Under the pieces are notes generated by a model, which did no database searches, was not told the origin of the DNA, and saw only the letters and a list, made by a program, of their open reading frames with translations. Source: Tubulanus polymorphus (Eukaryota; Animalia; Nemertea). Taken from it: a stretch of DNA of 64,000 bases. The stretch covers positions 12,013,263-12,077,262 of the forward strand of contig NC_134028.1 of assembly GCF_964204645.1 (NCBI RefSeq), given 5' to 3'. Shown here piece by piece: positions 11,675 through 24,376 of this stretch (positions are counted from its first letter, which is position 1; each line of letters opens with the position of its first letter). The translations under genes and the position numbers were made by a program.

Positions 11675-14607
11675 AACAAGAGGCCGACGGGCCTATACCT
11701 TCATGACGAAGTAGATGAAGAATGATTCAATATTCTAATTTTTACAGATTTTTAACGATGTAACAAGTTTTAAAATAGTTAAGATGGTATAGGCTATGTG
11801 GCGATAATGTTCATTTTCTGTTATCCTTACATGCATGAAAAGACAAGCCCATTTTAGCTACCCCAAAGATCACACTACACGAAAAAATGCATCAAGAATT
11901 GGTGTAGGCATCGTGCTGAAAAGAAATCCAAGATGGATGGCAACCCTGGTGGCCAAACTTGAACTCTATTTTCAATAAGGGTAGACATTTCACCTACCAA
12001 AATTCTTACACTTAGTATCATGAAAATGCATCAAGAATTGCAGTTCGTTTCGTGTTAGAAATTCAAGATGGCTGACCTGGCGGCCATATTTGAAAGCCGA
12101 TGACCTCCATATACAAAAGGCATGGACAGGTTACCTACCCTGATCCTCACACCAAATTTTGTGGAAATTCATCAAGAATTGCGGCTGCATCGTGCAAACA
12201 AATTCAAGATGGCCACCCCAATGGCAGCCATATTTGATCACCAATGACACTTTTTACAATAGGGGTGGACATCTCGCCAGACCCAATCTTCAAGCTTATT
12301 TTCAAAAAGATTCATCGCAAATTGCAGGGGAATTACTGTGTTGAATTCAATTCAATTCCAGAGGGCCTAGCTTAGGCCTGTGCAATAGGGGTCAATGAAG
12401 ATTCGACTTATTGAAAAACCAGCACAAACGCCTATTCAAATCACATGTTATCAAAAAATTCAGTGCTTCTTAGTTTGATGTCCCTGTTTTCATCGCGCAC
12501 GTGGTTAAAATTATTGTTTACATCGAACGTCTTCAACAGCTGATACAACCGCACCCGCGTCTGTCAAACATCTTAATTGATTCATATACTAAAATGCTCA
12601 CTATAAAAAAACTATGTGGTGAATCAATCCAGAATTTTTCAGTAAAATGTCACTAGGCACCTTTCTTCAGAGGTTTATTTGTTTTAATGTCATTAACAAT
12701 CAGTTATATAATACTATATTCATAACTTTGAAGCGGCGCACCGGCAGCGAATGCTCAAGCAAGGTCAGTCACGTAGGCCAACGATAAACACGAAACAGAC
12801 CACGGTTTTGCCGGATAAGAGCGTCTCTCCACATAAATTAGAGGGACTGTAATGGACCATTTGTTGACACTTACCTTTAATAAAGTTCGTATGGATACAA
12901 TCAAGATAATTCCACCCTATAATTCCACTATTCAATGATCGATGAGCAGCTAAAATATGGTGCAGCCATTCAATATGCTAGTCACTATGTATCTCTGCAC
13001 ACATCAAATCACACTTGAATTACAAGTGTTGACTTATGAGAAACGATCGAAATCTAGCAATTTGATTGGGAAAATAGCAGCACTAGTTGAAAAAAGTTGA
13101 TAAACTACCTCCAACTGTCTAATTGTTTAAAAGCTTTGCCTTCACATGGAACTATTTCTGCCTTATCACAGGTGCACTCTGCAGCCGTGATTCGTCCATT
13201 CAACGATAAAAACTTTCACACGGTCTTACTATCGGCATTTTTTAATAATTTAGGGAAATATTTAAAATGAATTGCCCATGGGCAAAGTGTGGTTTACCTT
13301 GCATGCTATAGGTTGTTTGGAGTAAGAGCATTGCTTGAAAAATCTTTTTAATTCGTAACTTCAAAGTTCTAGAAGTTTATATTGTATTTTATCTTTCTTA
13401 AAGAATTATTTTTTAGCAAAATAAGACCAAAGATAAACATTTGTTTATGGTCTACATCAAAAAATTTCGTAGGGTACTGGTAGGCGCGGCATTGGAAACT
13501 AATTTACATTTTCAAAGAAATATTTTTCACAATATGAAAAAATATTCAAATAAAATTCATATGATGTCACATATCACAGAGTGGCTGAATATTGAGTCTT
13601 GGAAACGAAACCTTTTCCAATGTATGGCCGCAGAAGCTAAATCCCGGGCCTAGTATTAGATCGTTTTAAATCCTGGAATTTACCACTTCAATATTCAGAC
13701 CTCGACCTATGCCTATAGTTTGCTGCTTAGTATTTTCAGGTCACAAGAAATTACAATTTATTACAAATTCTATCAAACAGAAAACACAGTGCTCATCTGC
13801 TACGACGATTATTCAGCTTGTTATCATACCAAACGTGAACGCGCGCCAAGCAGGGTTACAGCATCACCATATAGAAGTCTGTATGAGCGTGTGTTTGCGT
13901 GCGCAACAGTCTAATGTTAGCACTCCGGCGCACGTGAAGGCCTTGACGTATAGTAAACGTTCGCTTCACTTCAATCTCAATCAACACATTCACCGGGTAT
14001 TAAAATGAAATAATACCTATGGCGATATGTGAAATGATTATATTCTCACCAGCAATGAGCATTTAAAATTTGCACATATATGGCACCTAGTCCAATGAAA
14101 CGTTCGCCATTAATGACTTTCCTATAATTATTTTAGTAGTGCCGGAATTCCCGTATATCCCAAAAAACCAATCACATTCGCTCGTAGAGTCGACGCCTCC
14201 CTATCGAGGTCATTGCAATTTTATACGCAAGAGCAAAAAATTTTCCTGCCAGAAACAGTTTTTCGTCGAATTTAAACAAAGTTGACCATGTCATCGACGG
14301 AGGTTCGTCATGTCTTCAATCGCATTGATTATATGTCGTTTAATCCGAGAACCAATGAAAAAAATGCTCACATAAAAAAACGTACCGCGATTTTACATGA
14401 ATTGGCTCAATACCAACCTCATACTGCTGACAAAGGTAAACCAAAAAGCAAAATTCCACACTCTATATTAATTAGATTAAAGTATTTATTCGTTTGACAA
14501 ATCTTCCTTTGAACTCCCGCCAACACGTCATAAGCGGCGACACGAAAATGACGTCATCGATTCACTACCATCTTATAACCTTCATGACTACGTCGTGAAG
14601 GTAAAAA
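11675..14607 (+). mobile_element. Helentron/pearl-like non-autonomous element with nested repeats
   Basis: Starts aacaagaggcc with subterminal taccttcatgac (~11696); degenerate caagatggc tandem units at 11870-12330; ends in hairpin accttcatgactacgtcgtgaaggt plus aaaaa (14578-14607). Confidence 0.55.
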
Positions 14608-17600
14608 TATTCCTCCCAAAAACTATATCAACTAAAGATTTCACAGAAATCGATCTTGATATACAATTTTAGAATTTTAGCACTAATTTAATACTTTTAG
14701 ACAATTCACTGTATAGACTTCTGGACCTGTTCTATTCCTAAAACGATTCGTAATTCTATTAGTTTACCAGAATATTTCAAGGTAAATATTTAAAATCCAA
14801 ACAATTAGGAAGCTACAGGACTCGGGACTTCAGGCCACAATTGACATTTTTGGCCACGAAGGTCACAGGACGGCCATCTTGAGTCTGATCGACCCAATTT
14901 TTCTCATGCTGATAGGCCCTTGGGGAATACAAATACATATGAAAGATCAAGATAAAGTTAATTAAAGCGTCTTCAAAATTCCACTTGAAAACTTCTAACA
15001 TGTGAAAAAATTGCTAATTTTGGCAAACAACAATGGCTGCCAGCCGGCCATCTAGGGTAGATAGATATGTATAAACGAGATATCAAGACATTAAAGTCCC
15101 AAGTGGGCTTAAAATGCACATCTTCATATCTAAACTAAGTAAAATTGTGGCATGTTTCAGAAGTGATTAATGCACATCTATGCCTGTGGTAGTTGGACCA
15201 GATAAATAGCCTTGTCATCCTGTTAAACATTTCTTAAACGTTTCTAACCCCTATGACACTTCCAACAGGAGGCTTGCTTCTGATAAGCATTTTGGAATTA
15301 TTGCCCTAACACATTTGCAGTGACCGATATCACTAATGTTTGAATAGCTGTCGTTATCACACAGTACTAGAGTGTGTACAGTTGACTCCTCTGAAATTGA
15401 GCACAGTCTTTACCTGATGTACATCTGCAGTGAATTGCCCTTCATGTGGTGACATTCTGACGCAAATATACTTAATGTTTCCATGCACAATCAATGCGCT
15501 ACCTGATGTTGTGTTACTCCATGATAGGCTGATTTGTGGCAATTCCAGCGAGAGTTTGCAATGAGTTTGCAAGTTTTTAATAAAGGATTCTTTCTTGATC
15601 CGAAGTAGGCTACACTTTATACATGAGTGAGAATGTATCACTACGCCATTGTTAAACCCTTCTCATCTTCCACATAACTAACTTCCACAAAACTACGATA
15701 AAATAACTTAATGGACCATTAAATCAACAAGAGGCCTATGGGCCTTGAAGCATTGGAAGATTTACACTAAGAAGCTATATTTTGTGAAATAACAGAAAAA
15801 ACGGGGGAAATGAAGGGCAAATCAAACAACGCAACCTGACCATAAAAATATAAATGAAAATAAAAATCAAGACACAATGTTTTGGACTCTAGAGATCACT
15901 GTTAGGTAGCCTGACGATGATCTCCAGCTAGAGAATGAAATGTCGTGTTTTTTTCATTTACATCCGAGATTCAGAAAATTCACTTCTTTTCTTTTCAGCA
16001 TTGTTTATAGTCGGTTTTAAACTTATTTTACCATGAAATTAGGCATCAGCCCGGCACCCTTAGTTTAAATTTGGGGCTTTGTAAAATTCATGTCTACAAA
16101 ATGTTTAATTAAATGGCTGGACTGATTTTACAATTACCTGAATGAATTAGAAAGGTCTATACTTGAATCTTTAATTGGAATAAGAATTGTTTGATTAACA
16201 TAACTAATTGCCTGTGTTTATAGTTTCTTTTGAATCGTTATAGGTTACCTGAATAGTAGGAGTGAAGAATATGCAGTACAATACCTAAACTTCATCCGTT
16301 AAAAATGTTACTTTGTGAATAAATAAAATACATTTTAATGAGGAATAATACATTTCTGAAAATAAATTCTTTAGTTCAAGTGCCAAAAATATATTCGAAA
16401 TGAAAATATAATTGAAACACTTTTTCAAAATTTTTTTTTTTGAAAAATGCAAAATACCCAAAAACATATCCCAAAATGAATATGAAATCAGTGCTACTAG
16501 TACTCCTTGGAGTTCTTGTTACAGATCTTCCCTTATGAAAATAAAGTGCACTTTAAGTGCACTTTAATGGGTAAAGTACACTCCGAGTGTACTCGTTGAG
16601 TGCACTTTTGTAAAATTAGTGCACTTTATGATAGGGAAAGTGCACTTTTGAAAATAGTGCACTCAATAAGTGTACTCTTTGAGTGTGCTTTTGTAAAATT
16701 AGTGCACTTTATGATAGGGAAAGTGCACTTTTGAAAATAGTACACTCAATAAGTGTACTCGTTGAGTGTGCTTTTGTAAAATTAGTGCACTTCATCACAA
16801 GGAAAGTGCACCTTACAAAATATTTTACTCAATAAGTGTACTCATTGAGTCTTTTTTTTCATAAAAGGCACTTTGTTACAGGGAAAGTATACTTCACTGG
16901 TAAATGAACTGATAGTGCCCTTATAGATTTCCGAATTGAACTGAAATGAACTCCAAGAGCATTCTGTCACATGTGTACTCAGCTAGGTCCTTACAGCGAA
17001 AATAGAGGAATAAAATAAGACAATTAATTTTATTTATCAAACCAATAACTACATTTCTTTATTGAAATTTCAAAAGAAAACCACACAATCATATATATTC
17101 CTATTTTCTAATTTCAACATAAATATTTCCAATTGAAAACAACATATGAACCAAGCAATCAAGACATACAGGTTCTTTCAAAGGATTATATTAAATCAAG
17201 CCTAATAACATTCATTATGCGTTTACATTTGTTTCACTTAATGAAAATGATTTCACTTAAAAAGTCACATCAGTAATGAAAAATTAAAAATCATGTTCCG
17301 CTAGTACCACGTAAATAGCAGCACTGATCATACAAATTTTAAATAAGGAGTAAATTACCTTCTACAACTCTAAATTAAATCCACTTTATATGACAGTGGA
17401 TATACAGCTGAAGTTAAAGGAATGCAGTGTGTACTTAAGTCAAACAAGAATTACCACCATGGCTCGAAATATCTATTAGCCCGGCCAGTAGCATAAAAGT
17501 TGGTTAGAGTTAACCAATGAATAGTTGACATGGTGCCAAATGAATGTTTCCACCATTTATCTTTCCCACAAATTTTGAGCTACTGGCCCCAGGGGTATAC

Positions 17601-18134
17601 GGTAAAAATGTCCCAGTCTATCATTACTAACTTGGTAATGTAGTTAATTTCACCAGAGACCAAACTTGGTAATACATTCTAATTATCATTTTAACATTTT
17701 AGAACAAATAATGGCTCACTTTGATTGAATTATTTGTATAATAGATTTTAAAATCTTAATTTGACGTCTTAATTGATGTAACTGTACATTTACTTGATAA
17801 CTTGTCATAATTTTCTACATTAATGATATGTAATTTAGCAACTGCACATTCAATTCAATAGTAAAATCTTCTTAAATTCGACGTATCATGTATTGAGTTC
17901 ACATGTTCTCATAGGCAAAACTACTAATTAATGGCAATTACTTTTTACTACTAATTAATTTTTAGGCCTATTATGCTCATGTCCATACAACGACAGCCTT
18001 GTTGGGGAACTAGTAATCACTCCAGTGGTACATCTTACAGGTAAAAATGAGGCAATCTATTAAATGTATCATGGAATAAGAATAGTTATCTAAATTTTAA
18101 ATCATTTTATATACAGAATCATAAGTACAGTTTA

Positions 18135-18742
18135 GGCCACAAGAAAACCCTGTTTCTCGGCCCGACCGACCCAATATTTCCCCATTTCAAATAATCATTT
18201 TCAGAATAAAATATAATTGCCTACCGACCCTTTTTCAAAATTTTAGGTGAAATAACTTTTTTCAAAAATATATATGTGGCCGACCGACTACCAAACTCCT
18301 TTCTCGTAAATATATTTTTTTTACCAAATCATGATGTCAGCACTGAGATCAATCATAAGAACATTTTATTATCTCGGATTTAAAATTTGATTCTGGAAAT
18401 GGCGCAGCCATGCTCAGACAACTTTGCTAATCAGACTTTGATGGCGACGTTGGATTGTAAAATTCCAGGAATTCCGTGAAATATGTTCAAAATATAGTTT
18501 TTTTTATAGTTCATTGTACGAACATCGCAATTTCCTTTTATTATTGTGGTCTACTAGTTGTTAATTCAGTCCAGTAAAAATTCAGTCCAGTAAAAATTAT
18601 TTACGGCAACCTACCCACTGATAGAAGAATAAACGATTTTTTTTTTCTATAAAAAGAAAAAAAATCTCTACCTACCTACCCATTTTGGTGATTGCCCTAC
18701 CCAGGAACAGGAACAGAAACAGGATTTTCTTTTAATGTGGCT
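18135..18742. mobile_element. Harbinger-like MITE nested in the EnSpm
   Basis: tta-ggccac..aaaaccctgtttc versus gaaacaggattttc..gtggct-tta; internal ccgacc/cctacc motifs similar to the 8665 MITE. Confidence 0.55.
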
Positions 18743-19299
18743 TTAGAACTTGGTGTCAGACAGCTTGATGACATGACCACTAAGAAACTTACATTGGGTG
18801 ACATGTTTGAGTGAAAATCAATAAAATAGATGGACAATGACTTGAACTGATTACTGTGAAAACTTATTGAATTATAGTCTGAAATATCTATATTATCACA
18901 TCTAGCAAATTATAGCATAGGCCTATAAAGCATGGTGATAATGCATATCATCCATTTAGAAAATAAGTAAATACTATCAAAAGATGAATATTTCAATATC
19001 AAATTGTAAATAGGCCTAAACTACATCATAATTCATGTGACTGATGCATGTGGAATGTAAATTATGTTGATAAAGATTTAATTGATAAATTAAATAAATC
19101 TTTATCAACATAACTTTGATACATTTAATGATATACCATTGAACCTCGTATCACATTTTGTTGTTGAAGTATATACATGTATGACAAACGCTTGATTGGG
19201 TTGAAGGCTAAACAATCAATAAAAAGTATTCAATAAGGGGTCCATAAAAATGTATGACTCAAAATTTGATAAACACTTGACCAGTTTTTAGCTATTTAC

Positions 19300-19760
19300 T
19301 ACATGCAAAAATTCCTCAAAATGTGTAAAAAGTACGATTTTGGCAAACAACGAATGGACAGACAATAAATGAACGCAATAGCCCGATGGGACTTAAGTCC
19401 CAAGTGGGCTAAAGATATGTAAAAAGTGCTGACTAAGTCAAACAAATAGATAGCGAGTTGGCTATCAAGTGAATCTGGCCGGACCAGTTTTTGGGCTGAT
19501 TATACAACGAGCAATCTGATTGGTACCAGAAGTTTTCGTGCAGCAAAGCTGCGCATGTACCTGCGAACCCGGTCTAGTGTTGCAAAGGTTCGTGCCGTGG
19601 CTGAGTGTAACGATGCCTTCAGGTTCGAATCCTTGCCGAGGGAGGATGATCCATTGAAGCATCTTCATAATTCCCAAAATAACTTGATTCCGTCCACAGA
19701 TGGAAGGACAAAAGTGAACGCAATAGCCCGCTGGGACTTAAGTCCAAGTGGGCTAAAAAT
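19300..19760 (+). repeat. Helentron-like 3' hairpin ends, two copies; a related half at ~15094
   Basis: gaacgcaatagccc..tgggacttaagtcc(c)aagtgggctaaa at ~19371-19413 and ~19715-19759. Confidence 0.55.
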
Positions 19761-19767
19761 AAGCCTG

Positions 19768-22700
19768 TCAATCACACTCAACATCATTTGGCAATGGAAT
19801 GTATGCATAATTAAATCTAGTTTCGAAAAACGAAGGAAGAAAGATACATTTCCTCCCAATTTGGTCTGGGGACACAGCTTTTAGCTGCCCTTCATCATCA
19901 CCCATGAGTATATAATTACCAATAGTGCCACAGTCTGCGTCTCGTTTCGAATACTTTTTAACATTTATATGACTGCCTAGAAATAGTGTATAAGTTTCAC
20001 ATCCACAATCTACAATGCACTGGCAGGTTGGTGCAATTTTGACAATGTTTTGAATTCTAAAAACATTATTACCATGTAAAACATACGAATTGCATCGTCT
20101 CTTATTTTCATCATAAGATGCAGTACTATACAATCTACCGCCATATGTACAGCGATTAAAGAAATGTGCAACATCTTTCTCAAACTGAAAATCTAAAAAT
20201 CTCTCTATAGCTGACTTTTGAATACCATTGAGATTGGTGGTTTTACAAGCACCAAAGAAGGTTGTATTATTATTAGTGTCATGATTTTTGACAAGGGGGT
20301 ATCCTCTCAATAGGTCATTATAAAATTTCAAAACAGATGCACTAGTTTCATCCCTTAAACACCTACTTGAAAGCCTGCTAATAAATTTTAACAAGATGAA
20401 AGATCGTGTTATTTGTGAATGGACTCCTTGAGTACCATGAATGAAACTCTTCAGTTTCCCGGCAAACCCTACAAATACAAATGATGATGTAGACCATAAA
20501 GGTCCACATCGCCTAACACAGTCGGGCAAATGAAGAGCAAGATGTGTATTAAAAGTCAATAAATTTCTATGATAAAGATCTGGAATATTCAAAATGAATT
20601 TTTTTATCATAATGTCTGCTTGGCTGATATGAACTTCTGAAACTGAAGTACCATTCAATAAAGTAATACCTGAGACAAATAAAAGCCAATGACTAAGGTA
20701 GACATTTGGTAAAATACCAGATAAAATGACAGGGGAATATAAAAGAAATGCTCTGAATTCATTTCCCTTCCAAAATTTCCTCTCGACAAGACTCCGAGGC
20801 AAGCGAGTGACCTCCATTGGAGGTTTAATTGACTGGAGGCGGTTATCGATTTGAATAATCTTGTTTCCAATATAGTACTCAGCATTTGCGGTCTCGCACC
20901 ACTCAGCCAAGAATTTTCTGATAACGCCTAAACAAATACTGTGTAAATATTCACCTGTGAAACTTTCTATCAGGTTGAAAGATGGCAGCAAAATCAAATC
21001 TGAGGGTCCTTTGACAACAAACACTGCACGGCCAGATTCGATTGCTACCGTCGCATGGGCAACTGTATCAAGTGGATTACGTAAAGGGGGCAGCGGGTAG
21101 TTAAGTGGGTAAATTCTGGCATTGCCATTATCTACTGCGCGTTCCCCTTCATGAAGGCAGTATGGGCAACCGTAAAAACCATTATACTGCTTAAAATTCT
21201 GCAGCATTGCTCTGGCAGGCGAATCACAGGAACAGAGAAGATTTACAATTTTAGTATTATGATTTCTACCACTTTGGTCAACCCAATCAAGACCTTCTGT
21301 CTCCAATGAAATACTTTCATCAACAAAACGTTTTAAGAAATTTCCATTCATAACTGGTTTTTCAGTGCCAAACCAAAGACCACACAATAAAACATGTTTT
21401 TTCCGTATCTTAGGAGGGAGTTCATTGATTGTACACTGAATAGGCCAAATACTAAATTTACTAGATTTGAAAATTGGAACACCATCTGCATTCCATAGTA
21501 AAGAAATGCTATCTAACTGATGGAGAACAGGTATTGTTTTACGAAGATCTCCATCAATTAGATCACAATGATTTTCATTGTTAGTGTGTTCAGCTTTATA
21601 ACGTAAAACCTCGTCCATCAAATTTTCTTCAATAAAAAGTTCTCTCAACTGCGTCGCAAGGGGAAGATATATGTAAAAATTACCCGACTTAAGGGAATCA
21701 TCCTCATTAAAAGTGGTTCCACACTGGTCACAACTTTCGCCGGTGTCCGCACCTTGTGGTCCTATATATTGGCCACACTGCCCGCAGAAGAAATGAACTT
21801 CGCATAGTTCTTGCAGATTAAGCGCTCGTTGAAACTGCTTCAAAAACAGAAACTTAGTCCACGTAATGTTACATCGCTCAGGCAACAAATTTTGAATTAG
21901 TAACAAAAGGTCACGAAGACCAACACCGGATATCTTATGCCGTTAACGTGTATGAAAGTATTAGTAGCGCCGATTCGCCGACTGTTATGCTCGCTCCCTC
22001 GTAGAGAGGAATATCAAACTCCCCATTCTATAAAAATGAAAAAAAAAAGAATTAAATCATTGTAGTTGGGCACTTTATCAGTTCGAGAAAATGGTCGATA
22101 ATCACATACCTCGAGGTTTTCATCATTAATTGGATTTACAACAGGCTGATCAATCACTGGATTTTCATCAAGCTAAATCAAAAGAAATCATAATGTTCTT
22201 ATTTCATTTTCAAGTTTAATATTTCTACTTTTTACAATAGATAAAGACCAGTCAATATAATCCCACCATCTATTGCTTGATTACAAAAAGGGTGTTCCAG
22301 TTAACAGAGGCCAATATCACAAGAATGGGCATTTTCACCCTTACTTTATATGTAACAATTACCACAACACTACACAGTCAGCCCCGCTTAAGCCGTCATG
22401 GAATTTGTCGTAACATGATTCGTATAATTATTTTGATCTATTTTTTTCTTCTTTATACCTTATAAAACTATACTATGTATATAAGTTGCATTTTCGCATA
22501 GTCGCATTAATTTTAAAAGTTCAAATCGTGAGATTTCATTAGAAAATTTGGTGTTGACTGTAATTGCTACTAAAATCTTAGTACTGTAGGCCTATGTACA
22601 TATTATCACTAAACTTACACCAAACTCTCGATTTTGCTCTGCATAATTATCATGATTTTGTAACTCTTCGATCACATGGAATATTTCACCAATCTCGGGC

Positions 22701-23921
22701 ATCATTTTCTGAAAAAGTATAATAAAACAAGGTAACGCATTTATAACTTACAAGTATTGATACTTTAAATCACAAATAGAAGCATCTTGAATGTAAAGTA
22801 GTGCTGACTTACACATTGATCACTTGAAAATGCATTACATTCATTATCAACATCACAGGATATTGATGGTTCTTCTTGACATTCTTCATCTTGAACAGCC
22901 TCAGAAGATGATTGTGTCAGTTGTTGCAAGGATGAGGAAGGACTTTTTTCTATAAAAAAATAAATTAAACATGAGAATAAAGCAACATTGTAACTTCACT
23001 GAATTCATGTCTTGTACTAAGCACAGACAAAGTTTAAGAGAAATATCCCCAAACAGCTTGGCAAAATGTCCATTTCCCTTAGCATATTTCAAATTACAAA
23101 GCCATCATTCAACTTTTCAAGAACCTTTTGACCCTTTTCAGTGTTACCAGACAAGATCGTTTCCGTACCATAGGCCCTTCCAAAGCATGTAGCACGCTTG
23201 GGTTCGGAATGCTTAGTTGGCAAGAAAATATTTAAAAATTACCACTACTGTCTGTCACACATGCTCTCCGCGCAGCCTTTTGGTCCGTCATTTTGTTTAT
23301 AACCAATTTATCTGTTAATATTATGCATCAATTTGTTCAATAACCAATTTGCATTCACCAATAAATCACGAATTGGTCTGTGTTTTCATCTATCAGCGAC
23401 TAGCATATGCTTGCGTAATGCTGATAAACGGCTTTTGCGGCCCGTAACGTGGCGCCACCTACATTTTGTTATGATAATGGATAGGTGATGACATCATAGC
23501 CACGTTTCCAAGCGTCCACGGAGCGGTTTTTTTAGCATTATGCAAGCGTGAACTATCGCTCATAAATTAAAAAACAACTTTAGTAATAATCGTTTATTAG
23601 ACGAAGTACACTACAAATGGCAGAAAATTTCTGGATATTTTTTGAACATGTTTTTTGAAAGTTTCTATTTCGTGAAATCTGGACCTATCTGGTAGTCTAG
23701 CAATACTTTTTTTTTTAAATAATGCAGTGGACCTCATGCAGTAGTTAGGCTTAACTAAAGAAATCTAAATTACCTGATTCAAGTTCCTGTTCATCCTCCT
23801 GCTGCTGCTGTTGTTGTTGTTGTTGGCGTCTTCGCCATTTAGTGGTACGAGGCATATCACATATAGTGACATCTTCATCACTTCCATGATTGTCATGGGG
23901 CTCTAGGAAACGTTTATACAT
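19768..23921 (-). pseudogene. EnSpm/CACTA transposase, multi-exon, one frameshift
   Basis: 712 aa open stretch with WNADGVPIFKSSKFSIWPI, CDSPARAMLQNFKQYNGFYGCPYC, EYLHSICLGV, WKGNEFR and GPLWSTSSF. Likely first exon 23921-23774 (MYKRFLEP..PRTTKWRRR, polyQ, GT donor) and small acidic exons near 22810-22950, 22630-22710 and 22110-22172. An extra base near 21944 breaks LSYTL/RHKIS. Confidence 0.88.
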
Positions 23922-24376
23922 CGCACAGCGCAGATCGTGCACTTCGGATTCGGATCCGACGTAAGGTTTTTCGCAGAAACTATAAACTATTTAATAATGT
24001 GCCGTAGCTTTGTGCTGTTTGCAGTACACGTTTCGATAAACGATGCGGAAGTGGTAAACCGTTATAGTTGGATATGGACTTATAAGTAAAACGCGTAACT
24101 GCGAACTTTGAGACATATCGGTCAACTTTTTCATATTTTATCCGGAGAAGGCTATTGCAGCGAATCTTGAAATGGATGGTTGCGTATAATCTCATTTGTA
24201 ATGATTTGAAAACCTCACATTTCCCTGATTTTTCCTGTAAACCAACACAGTCAATAACTAATTGAATTGAATTTGCTGGGTGGCGCTGATCTCACACACT
24301 CGCGCGTGGCTTCTTTTCTGAATAAACACAAAAGTCGTTCACATTTGCCGGTAAAAGTCATTGTTCGATACACACA

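Noticed and set aside
12874-12916. Possible extra minus-strand exon (AG...GTAAGT, GGIILIVSIRTLLK)
   Set aside because: No resemblance to KATNIP, it lies within a repeat, and the 29081-8209 join already gives the expected peptide.
15177-15660. Coding-like stretch (94 aa minus-strand ORF)
   Set aside because: I could not assign any motif or consistent splice structure.
19768-21906. Longest ORF as a host or domesticated gene
   Set aside because: It lies within intact TIRs and a TSD and has an upstream frameshift; it is best read as a recent transposon copy.
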